43,013 nt of DNA. It comes from a virus. The notes beneath the pieces were generated by a model that saw only the letters and a list, made by a program, of their open reading frames with translations, was not told the DNA's origin and searched no databases. The position numbers and the translations under genes were made by a program. Numbering within the stretch: the first letter of the stretch is position 1; every line of letters begins with the position of its first letter. Shown in pieces: positions 19,147-26,367 of this stretch. The stretch lies in IMG/VR virus record IMGVR_UViG_3300046733_000343; one strand, written 5' to 3'.

Positions 19147-19307
19147 CGTGATACCTCTATAAATTTCTCAACCGCTGCCTGGGGAATGCGAACAGCGGTG
19201 TTTGTCAGTCGAATGGTGGGGAGAAATCCGTTTGTTCTGTATCTGGTGATCGTCTTGATCGACACTGACAGCAAACGTGCAGCCTCCTTTTGCGTAAGAA
19301 GCTGCAT
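19008..19307 (-). CDS. xis: Excisionase-family HTH protein (xis-like); ORF runs 139 nt into int
   Basis: MQLLTQKEAARLLSVSIKTITRYRTNGFLPTIRL matches the excisionase/MerR-type HTH pattern. There is no stop before the int ATG at 19146, so the C-terminal ~46 codons overlap int out of frame. Confidence 0.55.
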   Translation of the reverse strand: MQLLTQKEAARLLSVSIKTITRYRTNGFLPTIRLTNTAVRIPQAAVEKFIEVSRCQSHQNSSNTKTKSGMSRSEKTDAAKEYRLGRQIRKSQRCGFRVG

Positions 19308-19311
19308 CGGT

Positions 19312-19725
19312 TTACCCTTTTAATATATTCATGACCTCGAGAGCCTTGGCTGCGGGAACCTTCATGTTCACGCGCAACCAGAAATTTTCGGCATCGCTCT
19401 CGATAGATTTGATTTCAAGCGTTGGCTGCTCGGCAGCGTTTGCTTGCGCGTCATAGTTAGGAAACAGCACGTCAACCTCAACATCTAGTGCGTCGGCCAA
19501 TTTGGTAAGGTTCTTTGGCGAAGGCACTGAACGGCCTCGGACGTACTGGCTGATCGAATCTCGACCCATCCCAGACGCGCGCGATAGATCGCTTTGTGAC
19601 ATGCGCTTTTGCATCATAAAATTGTACAGTCTTTTGCCAAATTCCTGTCTAGTGAGAATTTTTTGGCTGTAATCTATACTGTTGTCTGGGCTATTACCGC
19701 CCCTGGTCATTATCGATTTTGTCAT
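19312..19725 (-). CDS. cI-like repressor (XRE-family HTH)
   Basis: ATG at 19725 with GGGGAG RBS. FGKRLYNFMMQKRMSQSDLSRASGMGRDSISQYVRGRSVPSPKNLTKLADAL is a classic HTH_3 pattern. It is divergent from the cro-like gene. Confidence 0.8.
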   Translation of the reverse strand: MTKSIMTRGGNSPDNSIDYSQKILTRQEFGKRLYNFMMQKRMSQSDLSRASGMGRDSISQYVRGRSVPSPKNLTKLADALDVEVDVLFPNYDAQANAAEQPTLEIKSIESDAENFWLRVNMKVPAAKALEVMNILKG

Positions 19726-19878
19726 CTTACTCCCCAAGCAATCGACATCTTTTGACAGACAATGTGCATATATCTGCCAAATTGGCAATGTAATTTTTTT
19801 TAATAATTTACATTGACCCGCCACATGGGCTGTGCTTTTAATCACCAAATACGAATTTCTAACTACAAATGGCGCGTC
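19726..19878. promoter_or_regulatory. Immunity-region divergent promoter/operator segment
   Basis: Inverted repeat CAATGTAA (19786-19793) / TTACATTG (19808-19815) around a pure A/T 14-nt spacer. 13-bp palindrome TGCCAAaTTGGCA (19775-19787). + strand promoter candidate TTGACC (19813-19818), 18 nt, TTTAAT (19837-19842). Confidence 0.55.
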
Positions 19879-20112
19879 ATGAAGACAAACATATCTATTA
19901 ATACCAGACTTCTTGTCCGTGACTTCGGTGGGCTTACCGCAGCAACACACGGGCTAAACGAAGTAGGGCATCAAATCACTAAAAATGCAGTCGACAAGTG
20001 GCGCAGGCGTGAAAGCCTGCCGTCGGAGTCGATGCTGGCGTTTGCCGTGCTGGCAAAACAAAAGAACCAGCGTTTCGACTTGCTGGATTACTTAATAAGA
20101 AAGGGAGAGTAA
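19879..20112 (+). CDS. Cro-like / YdaS-type HTH regulator
   Basis: 77 aa, divergent from the repressor. LVRDFGGLTAATHGLNEVGHQITKNAVDKWRRRESLP fits the Cro/YdaS pattern. Confidence 0.6.
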   Translation: MKTNISINTRLLVRDFGGLTAATHGLNEVGHQITKNAVDKWRRRESLPSESMLAFAVLAKQKNQRFDLLDYLIRKGE

Positions 20113-20250
20113 CGTGACTTTTTTTCAACGCAGCATCAACACCGTGCTTAGCACAGCGAGGATACCTTCTAAAACTCGCGGCGGAAGCTGGTGGCCCACT
20201 TCAAGCTGGGCTTTTTCGACACGCGGCCCCACACAGCGGGGTTCGAGCAA

Positions 20251-20547
20251 ATGGACGACAACGTAATAAAATTAGTCAAAAACCAATTTGACGTAAGCTA
20301 TGATATAGCTGAGTTTGAGCAAGAGATGAAAGAACTAGAGATTCTTAGTCCAGCAAAAGTGCACATACAAACCTTAGTAGCTGACATCGCAACAAGCGAA
20401 AATGTTGACCTCGAGGTACGGCTGGACGCTGCGCGCGTTTTGCTAGAAAGCTCAGACCTATTTCCAATATTTTTTGAATTGGAAGGCGGTCACGAAATGC
20501 TCCAACAGATCATAAAGGATAAATTGCGTGATAGTGTATGGCATTGA
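20251..20547 (+). CDS. Hypothetical early protein
   Basis: ATG at 20251 within the 20191 ORF. 98 aa, acidic. The start choice is uncertain. Confidence 0.45.
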   Translation: MDDNVIKLVKNQFDVSYDIAEFEQEMKELEILSPAKVHIQTLVADIATSENVDLEVRLDAARVLLESSDLFPIFFELEGGHEMLQQIIKDKLRDSVWH

Positions 20548-21004
20548 TCCTGGCTTGTCTGGCGCAATAGCGCGCTTTGATCTGACGGAGGGCTTTCTTG
20601 AAATTCACGACATGCCAATCATGGAAGTGAATAAAAAGAAATCTGTATCTCCGCAGCTCGTTAGCGATATATTGCGTCAGCAACACGCTCCAGTTTACAT
20701 TGAAAAGGTGGGCGCTATGCCTGGGCAGGGTGTCTCTTCGATGTTCAGCTTTGGCCGCAGCTACGGTGTATTGCTGGGGTGTGCTGCTGGATTGCAAATG
20801 CCGACCACTGTTATAACGCCTGTCGAATGGCAGCGCGCGCTTAAATGCCAAAAAGGCAAAGACGGCAACAGGCAACGAGCCTGTGAACTATTCCCCGCAT
20901 ACAGCCAGCTGTTCGCCCGAAAGAAGGACGACGGCAGAGCGGATGCAGCTTTACTCGCCTATTATGGCGCTTTATTTGTCGAGAGTGTTGATTATGACGG
21001 ATGA
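20528..21004 (+). CDS. RuvC-like Holliday-junction resolvase
   Basis: IVYGIDPGLSGAIA (catalytic Asp motif), AMPGQGVSSMFSFGRSYGVLLG and C-terminal DDGRADAALLAYYG match the RuvC-fold phage resolvase pattern. GTG start. Confidence 0.75.
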   Translation: MIVYGIDPGLSGAIARFDLTEGFLEIHDMPIMEVNKKKSVSPQLVSDILRQQHAPVYIEKVGAMPGQGVSSMFSFGRSYGVLLGCAAGLQMPTTVITPVEWQRALKCQKGKDGNRQRACELFPAYSQLFARKKDDGRADAALLAYYGALFVESVDYDG

Positions 21005-21812
21005 CATAAACGGATTTATAACGCATGGGATCAAGCGGATCAGCGTGTCAAACGTGAACAAATTCAGAGAAGCCCCTGATGCGTGGGCTTGTCAATACTT
21101 GGGCGGTCATCGCTTTCCGACTGGCTGGGCTGCGGTCCAAGGCCAAGCCGTTGAGAGCGGTGTTGAGCTTGGACTGTTCGGCGGTGGCGGCATCGATGAT
21201 TGCGTCAAGGAAAGCATCGATCAACTTAAAAGCGCTTCGATGGTGCTGAACAACAGACCAGAGGAACTGGAAAAGCGCATTCCGATTGTCACGCGGATGA
21301 CTGAAACCGCACTCGAAAACCTTATGCCGCTCGGCGCACCAGAGAAGCCGTCAGAAGGCAAACGGCAGCACAGCGTTGGTATCGATGTGAGATTTCGAGA
21401 GGGTCCAGGCGGCACTGTACCTTTGTTGGGTTTTCTCGACTTTTACTATCCACAGCACAACCTCGTTGTTGACCTCAAAACGACGTCGAAATCGCCGTCA
21501 AAGTGGTCACTGGGGCACGGAATACAAGCTGCCGTCTATCAAAAAGCCATCGAAAGCATGACCGGCAAGAAGCCTGCCGTCAAATTCGCATACGCGCTGA
21601 CGCGAAAGAAAGACCCCTACGTCGAGTTGGAGCTGACCGACGAAGATGCGGCCGACTTTCTCAAGCAATTTAAACAAACGGTAATCCAAATGGAGGCTCT
21701 ACTTAGCATGACGGACGACAGCCAGAAGATCATTAGTGTGCTGCCGCATAATCCCGACACCTTCTATTGGAACAATGCCGAAGAAATCCGCAAGACATTC
21801 TACGGCTCCTGA
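20994..21812 (+). CDS. PD-(D/E)XK nuclease (RecB/Cas4-like exonuclease)
   Basis: ATG at 20994 overlaps the resolvase end. GFLDFYY...VVDLKTTSK...QAAVYQKA gives the D / D-x-K / QxxxY motif set. Confidence 0.7.
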   Translation: MTDDINGFITHGIKRISVSNVNKFREAPDAWACQYLGGHRFPTGWAAVQGQAVESGVELGLFGGGGIDDCVKESIDQLKSASMVLNNRPEELEKRIPIVTRMTETALENLMPLGAPEKPSEGKRQHSVGIDVRFREGPGGTVPLLGFLDFYYPQHNLVVDLKTTSKSPSKWSLGHGIQAAVYQKAIESMTGKKPAVKFAYALTRKKDPYVELELTDEDAADFLKQFKQTVIQMEALLSMTDDSQKIISVLPHNPDTFYWNNAEEIRKTFYGS

Positions 21813-22119
21813 TGCGTATTGGTTCACCGTCCAAAGCGACACAGAGCCTACGGTCTTAGAAGTGCTGTGGCTGCGGGTCATAGAACAAGCGTGGCGCGAC
21901 TGTCACGACATAGACAACAACGATGTCTACAAGGCGCGCGATGCTCAAGAAGCGCTTTGGTGGGTCATCGAAAACGACAATGACTTTGACGCTGTGTGCA
22001 ACCTCGCTGGCGTCAATCCAGACCAATTTCGTGCAGTCACGCTTAAATCTGTGACTGAACGATATGACCGGGCTTTCCTGGCCCAAGTGTTCGCCCAACA
22101 CTTTAATTTTGGGCGCTAA
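21775..22119 (+). CDS. Hypothetical protein
   Basis: ORF in the replication operon. The start is ambiguous (ATG at 21775 overlaps the upstream gene by 38 nt; GTG at 21862 is an alternative). Confidence 0.4.
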   Translation: MPKKSARHSTAPDAYWFTVQSDTEPTVLEVLWLRVIEQAWRDCHDIDNNDVYKARDAQEALWWVIENDNDFDAVCNLAGVNPDQFRAVTLKSVTERYDRAFLAQVFAQHFNFGR

Positions 22120-22143
22120 ACAACGGACTGCAAAGGATACTCA

Positions 22144-22737
22144 ATGCCGTTAAATTTTGTAAACGAAGGTGGTGGAGGCGCATTTGTGCGTTTCTCAGTA
22201 GAAGATAACGAGTGGCTGCGCTCAAGCGAAGGTGGCGATCTTAAAGAATTTGATCCGTCAAGCGGCGTTGTCGTTGACATTGCAAACGTTCAACTGGGCT
22301 GGCTCAAGCTATCCGGCGGACGTGATTGGGTTGAATGGCCCAGCAATGATCCGACAAAAGCACCTCGCCCCAGCGATCAGCACAAGCAAGGCTTTCTCGT
22401 AAAGATGTTCAGCAGCAAGCTGTTTGGTGACGAGCCTGTGCGAGAGCTTTGCACCAGTCAAACCGGCATGAATATCTTTATCAAGAAATTGTACGAAGAA
22501 TGCGAAGCCTCGCCTGACTTTAAGGCTGGCAAAGTACCAGCCATTGCAATCACCAAAGCCAAAGAAAAAATGAAGATCGGCGCTGGTTCCACGCGCGTCC
22601 CGCCATACGAAATCAAAGCATGGATGGACCGACCTTCTGAGTTAGCTGGCGGTTCGCCTGTGGCCGCAGCTCCAGCTCCTGATGTTTCGACCTCTTCCGC
22701 ATCAGGAGCCGACGACGACGTTTCCTTCGAAATCTAG
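22144..22737 (+). CDS. Putative ssDNA-binding protein (T7 gp2.5-like architecture)
   Basis: 197 aa with a low-complexity linker (GGSPVAAAPAPDVSTSSASG) and an acidic aromatic tip (ADDDVSFEI). It sits between the nuclease and the primase-helicase. The fold was not verified. Confidence 0.4.
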   Translation: MPLNFVNEGGGGAFVRFSVEDNEWLRSSEGGDLKEFDPSSGVVVDIANVQLGWLKLSGGRDWVEWPSNDPTKAPRPSDQHKQGFLVKMFSSKLFGDEPVRELCTSQTGMNIFIKKLYEECEASPDFKAGKVPAIAITKAKEKMKIGAGSTRVPPYEIKAWMDRPSELAGGSPVAAAPAPDVSTSSASGADDDVSFEI

Positions 22738-22748
22738 TCGTCATCACT

Positions 22749-22776
22749 GGGGGGCGGTTCGCTGTCCCCCTTTTTT
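22749..22776 (+). terminator. Rho-independent terminator
   Basis: GGGGGGCGG-TTCG-CTGTCCCCC forms a 9-bp stem (two G-U pairs) with a UUCG tetraloop, followed by TTTTTT (22771-22776). Confidence 0.75.
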
Positions 22777-22794
22777 ACTAACTTGGGGTCAATC

Positions 22795-24957
22795 ATGGCA
22801 GATAAATTAAGATGGGCGAAGTTCTGGGCCGACAAAGGCTTCAGTGTTGTACCAGTCCACTATGTAAAAGAAGGCGGATCATGCAGCTGTTCGGCTGGCG
22901 CGGGTTGCGACAGTCCAGGTAAACACCCAGCACCCTCACGCTGGAAGCGGTATCAAGAAAAACGTGCCGACGACGACCAGCTAGAAATGTGGTTCGAGGG
23001 TCGATTCAAAGATTACAATATCGGTGTGGTCACTGGCTCCATCAGCGGCAACGTGTATGCCGTGGATGTTGACGTCAGCGAAGGAAAAGTAGGGCAAGAA
23101 ACGCTCGACGATCTGTCGATGGCAAATGACGACATCCCAGAAACCTTTGAGCAGCGCACCGGATCAGGTGGAAAGCATATCTTTCTGCGCGCACCCGAAG
23201 GAACGGCAATCATTACAGGAAAAAACGTCCTGGGCGATGGTATAGACACGCGCGGCGAAGGCGGGTTCGTCGTCGTCGCACCATCTAATCACAAATCAGG
23301 TGGTAAATACCGCATCGAAGACTGGGCGCTGAACAACGAAATCGCAGACAGTCCCGAATGGGTGACGCAAATCAGCAAGACAGACGCAGCGCGATACGAC
23401 GACACAACCATTCAAGACAAGAAAACGGATATGTTTGGCGACCTCACGGATGGCCGCGAAGGTTACATGGTCGAGCTGATCTTGGGAACCATCCGAACAT
23501 GGTGGGTAACAAAAGGTGTGCTGCCGACAGTCGAAGAGCTGGTCGACGACGCTTGGCCCACGTTTGAGCTAAAAGCGAAAGCCCGTGGCTCGTCACTAGC
23601 AGACGATGGCCGTGGCAAAGACCTGTTCCAACGAAAGGCGTGGTATCAGCTCAAACGCGCAAACAACAACGAACTCCGCATCCTGCAAAACGTCGAGCCA
23701 GGATCGGAAGCAAATACTGGGGTGCAGTCGTTCACTGCTGCCTCCGGTATGTCCGAAAGCCCTTCGTCAGTGACCCCAAGTACGGACGAGGGCTTTCGGA
23801 TTTCAGATTGGGGCATGAACCGATACGTCGGGGAACCGCCAGAAATGGAATGGCTGATCGATGGCGTCCTCCCAAGGCGCGTACCCGGCCTTATTTCTGC
23901 GATTGGCGGTTTGGGTAAGTCGTTCATGCTCTTAGACCTTGCCATGAAAGTCGCGGGTGGCGATCAAGGAATGCACCGCGAAGACGCCCTTGGAGGGGAC
24001 GTCGTTCATAATGGCAAGGTCGTTTTTTTCGGGGCAGAAGACAGCGCCAATAGTATGCACAGACGCATATCGAGTATCGGAGGCCCGAACCTCAGAGATC
24101 GAGCAGCCGGAAACCTGTTTGTCGTACCAATGCCAGACGCAGGGGGGCCAACGCCGCTCATTGTCAACGCAATGGGCCAATACAGCGTGACACCCGCATT
24201 CGTAGAAATACGCAGGCAGTTGCTCGATCTTGGAGACATCGCGCTAATCATCATCGATCCGCTCCAAGCCTTTGCAGCTGCCGACATCAACACCGATCCA
24301 GCAGCAGCGCAATACTGGTGGTCGCTCATGTCCCACCTATGCGTCGAAACAGGCGCAAACATCCTAATCGCGCACCACATGCGAAAGGATGGCGCGTTCA
24401 ACATAACAAAGGCCAGCCAAGCCAGAGAAGCAATCAGAGGCACAACGGCGCTCGTTGATGGCGCAAGGTGGGCATACAGCCTCTGGGCAATGAATGAAGC
24501 TGACGAACTGGTCCTGGCGCAAAAGTTAGACATTGAAGCGGGTGTCGGCCAATGCGCCCAGGGTGCAGTCGTCAAGACAAACGACCAATGCGACATGCAC
24601 ATCCGCAGCTTCATTAGAGGCGAGACTGGACTGCTGGTTGATCGAACAATGGAAATCAGTGGAATCCTAGACGCGTCAACCAAGCTCGACAGAGGCCAGA
24701 CGCAAGCCGTTTTCGACGAAATTTATCGTCGCTGGAACACGTCAGAGCCGTTTTCAATGGCCGTCAACACGCAGCGCAGCCTCCAGAGCTTCCTGCACTC
24801 CGACTATGGAATGCCAAAACGCGCAGCCAAGTCATACATCAAGGCGTGGAGCGACCAAGGCTTCATAGAAAGCGCAGTCCACGACAGCAAAACAAAGACA
24901 AAGGGCATTAAAGTAATAAAGACGCCCGACCAGCAACAATGGAGGGCATACTCATGA
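22795..24957 (+). CDS. Bifunctional primase-polymerase (AEP) fused to RepA/DnaB-like helicase
   Basis: N-terminal half: GFSVVPV, AVDVDV (DxD), SGGKHIFL, IDTRGEGGFVVVAPS. C-terminal half: Walker A GGLGKSFMLLDLA, Walker B LIIIDPLQAF, and HHMRK. Confidence 0.85.
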   Translation: MADKLRWAKFWADKGFSVVPVHYVKEGGSCSCSAGAGCDSPGKHPAPSRWKRYQEKRADDDQLEMWFEGRFKDYNIGVVTGSISGNVYAVDVDVSEGKVGQETLDDLSMANDDIPETFEQRTGSGGKHIFLRAPEGTAIITGKNVLGDGIDTRGEGGFVVVAPSNHKSGGKYRIEDWALNNEIADSPEWVTQISKTDAARYDDTTIQDKKTDMFGDLTDGREGYMVELILGTIRTWWVTKGVLPTVEELVDDAWPTFELKAKARGSSLADDGRGKDLFQRKAWYQLKRANNNELRILQNVEPGSEANTGVQSFTAASGMSESPSSVTPSTDEGFRISDWGMNRYVGEPPEMEWLIDGVLPRRVPGLISAIGGLGKSFMLLDLAMKVAGGDQGMHREDALGGDVVHNGKVVFFGAEDSANSMHRRISSIGGPNLRDRAAGNLFVVPMPDAGGPTPLIVNAMGQYSVTPAFVEIRRQLLDLGDIALIIIDPLQAFAAADINTDPAAAQYWWSLMSHLCVETGANILIAHHMRKDGAFNITKASQAREAIRGTTALVDGARWAYSLWAMNEADELVLAQKLDIEAGVGQCAQGAVVKTNDQCDMHIRSFIRGETGLLVDRTMEISGILDASTKLDRGQTQAVFDEIYRRWNTSEPFSMAVNTQRSLQSFLHSDYGMPKRAAKSYIKAWSDQGFIESAVHDSKTKTKGIKVIKTPDQQQWRAYS

Positions 24958-25103
24958 CCGACTTCGAAAAACTCATGGTCGAAGCAATCAAGCGCCAAGC
25001 CGAAATCATGGTGCTGGACCTCAAAAAAAAGCCACAACGCCTCACGCAAGTTCAACGCGCGGAAAACATCGCCGCAATCGCAGAGAAGCTGATCCGTGAC
25101 TAA
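24954..25103 (+). CDS. Small hypothetical protein (49 aa)
   Basis: ATGA overlap with the primase stop. Helical sequence MTDFEKLMVEAIKRQAEIM.... Below the ORF-track size cutoff and read by hand. Confidence 0.4.
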   Translation: MTDFEKLMVEAIKRQAEIMVLDLKKKPQRLTQVQRAENIAAIAEKLIRD

Positions 25104-25263
25104 GTGGATCGATTGCCCGACATGCGACGGCGAAGGCGAATACCTCGTTGAAGTGCCAATGCGCCAGAGCTTCACCCGTGACGTCGGTGAATACGAAACC
25201 GAATGGGAAACCTGTGAAGACTGCAACGGAGAAAAGCAGATCGAAGAAGAGGCAGACGAATGA
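25096..25263 (+). CDS. Small DnaJ-type zinc-finger protein (55 aa)
   Basis: Hand-translated as (V)TKWIDCPTCDGEGEYLVEV...WETCEDCNGEKQIEEEADE. It has two CxxCxGxG-like knuckles. Its stop overlaps the next ATG (ATGA). The GTG start is uncertain. Confidence 0.45.
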   Translation: MTKWIDCPTCDGEGEYLVEVPMRQSFTRDVGEYETEWETCEDCNGEKQIEEEADE

Positions 25264-25625
25264 ACGAGATTTGTAGAACGTGCGGCATAAAGAACGAAAA
25301 CCCAGAATACAAAAACTGCGAAACTTGCCGGAAATACTGGAGAGAGCAGCAGCGGAAAGTCGATGGAAACGCCGCGAAGGTGGACCGGATGCAGTCGAAA
25401 ATCGCAACGCAAAGAAACGAAATTGCAATGCTAACGCGCAAGCTCGAAGCCGCAACAAAAGAGAAATTGCAGCTCCTAAACGACATCAAATGGATGCGGG
25501 GAGAAACACCCGAAAATCGTCACTTCCGCCAAAAATCTCGCACTTCCGCTGGCGGAAGTAACGCAGGGGAACCCTCGAAATTGGCGGAAGTGAAGGGGGG
25601 GAACCCCGAAAAATGGCGGAAGTAA
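25260..25625 (+). CDS. Zinc-ribbon plus coiled-coil protein; candidate origin-binding/initiator protein
   Basis: CRTCG...CETCR four-Cys ribbon, then a heptad-like helix. The last ~35 codons are encoded by the iteron array. Confidence 0.55.
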   Translation: MNEICRTCGIKNENPEYKNCETCRKYWREQQRKVDGNAAKVDRMQSKIATQRNEIAMLTRKLEAATKEKLQLLNDIKWMRGETPENRHFRQKSRTSAGGSNAGEPSKLAEVKGGNPEKWRK

Positions 25626-25731
25626 GAAATGAGACAGCTTCAAAATATGGGAAAAGTGGCGGAAGTGGGCGGAAGTGGGGCGGAAGTAAACCCCCGTACC
25701 CCCTATACATTACTTCCGCTACGGCGGAATT
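25522..25731. repeat. Iteron array, likely phage origin of replication
   Basis: GGCGGAAGT is perfect at 25551, 25583, 25615, 25658, 25668 and 25679, with GGCGGAAtT at 25723. Reverse copies ACTTCCGCC at 25522 and ACTTCCGCt at 25542 and 25712. Spacings are 32, 32, 43, 10 and 11 nt. Confidence 0.7.
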
Positions 25732-25755
25732 GTAATGAAAGGAAGGAGGTACGAC

Positions 25756-26367
25756 GTGACGACGAAAACAAGATATAGCGAACCAAAGAAGAGCCGAAAA
25801 AAAGTTGTAGCGGATGACAGCTGGAAAGCACCAAAGATGTTTTCGGATAAACGATCTGACATTTGTTACGCAGCTGTTCGATCCGTTGACAAGGTTGCCC
25901 GTGACTTGGAAATGAAATGGGGGATCGGAAAGCTGGAAGAACTAGCACCGCCTAAACTTGCCGTCGCATTCGAGCAAGCCAGACAAAACTTCTCTGATGC
26001 TGCGCTAGGCGATGATCACAATTACCTCGTCCAAAAAGCCGACAACCTGATCCAAGGATGGAAAGCCGTCGAAGCATACGCGATCAAAAATGGAAACAAC
26101 CCCGGTGATGCCGACGTCTGGTACGCAATCGCGCCGCCGGATGCCGGTGGTCACAAATTCGCAATCGTAAAACATGAAGCCGACACCGCAGCCGTAGATC
26201 GAACAGAATACCCAAAAGTCTACAGCCTCGACGAAATAGCGCGGATCATTAAGGCATTCGAAACTGACATGATTGCCAAAACCAAAGAAATATTCCCCGA
26301 CGCCAAAATTACAAAGATCACACCAACCACAAAAAAGGTTATACTCGATGACGAAATTCCCTTCTGA
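25756..26367 (+). CDS. Hypothetical replication-module protein ending in an SSB-tip-like DDEIPF
   Basis: GTG at 25756 lies 6 nt after AGGAGG (25744-25749); the alternative ATG at 25735 has no RBS. The C-terminus is ...KKVILDDEIPF. Confidence 0.6.
   Translation: MTTKTRYSEPKKSRKKVVADDSWKAPKMFSDKRSDICYAAVRSVDKVARDLEMKWGIGKLEELAPPKLAVAFEQARQNFSDAALGDDHNYLVQKADNLIQGWKAVEAYAIKNGNNPGDADVWYAIAPPDAGGHKFAIVKHEADTAAVDRTEYPKVYSLDEIARIIKAFETDMIAKTKEIFPDAKITKITPTTKKVILDDEIPF

Noticed and set aside
19726-19950. N-terminal extension of the repressor ORF to 212 aa (similar extended readings at 26891-27451, 27696-28571, 28768-29337 and 20883-21812)
   Set aside because: The extensions cross promoter/operator DNA or upstream genes, and they encode Cys/Trp/Arg-rich junk. 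Internal ATGs with good RBSs, or stop-start overlaps (TAATG/ATGA), give proteins that begin where the recognisable domains begin.
20178-20190. Extra iteron-like site GGCGGAAGc upstream of ORF 20251
   Set aside because: It is a single 8/9 match, far from the array. One such match in 43 kb seems unremarkable by rough judgement (not calculated).
24006-24683. 225-aa antisense ORF within the primase-helicase gene
   Set aside because: The sense strand carries clear Walker A/B helicase motifs over the same DNA, and the antisense product has no motif or start signal.
24804-25489. Three overlapping long - strand ORFs (202, 138 and 105 aa) across the small-gene region downstream of the primase
   Set aside because: Their translations are Ser/Phe/Leu/Cys-rich and look non-coding. 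The + strand instead holds a chain of ORFs with ATGA couplings and conserved-type CxxC motifs, consistent with the direction of the surrounding operon.
25522-25731. Reading the GGCGGAAGT repeats, or the 30-bp fibre repeats, as a CRISPR array
   Set aside because: The iterons are only 9 bp, occur in both orientations and have irregular short spacings. The fibre repeats are contiguous, in-frame and have no spacers. No cas genes are present.
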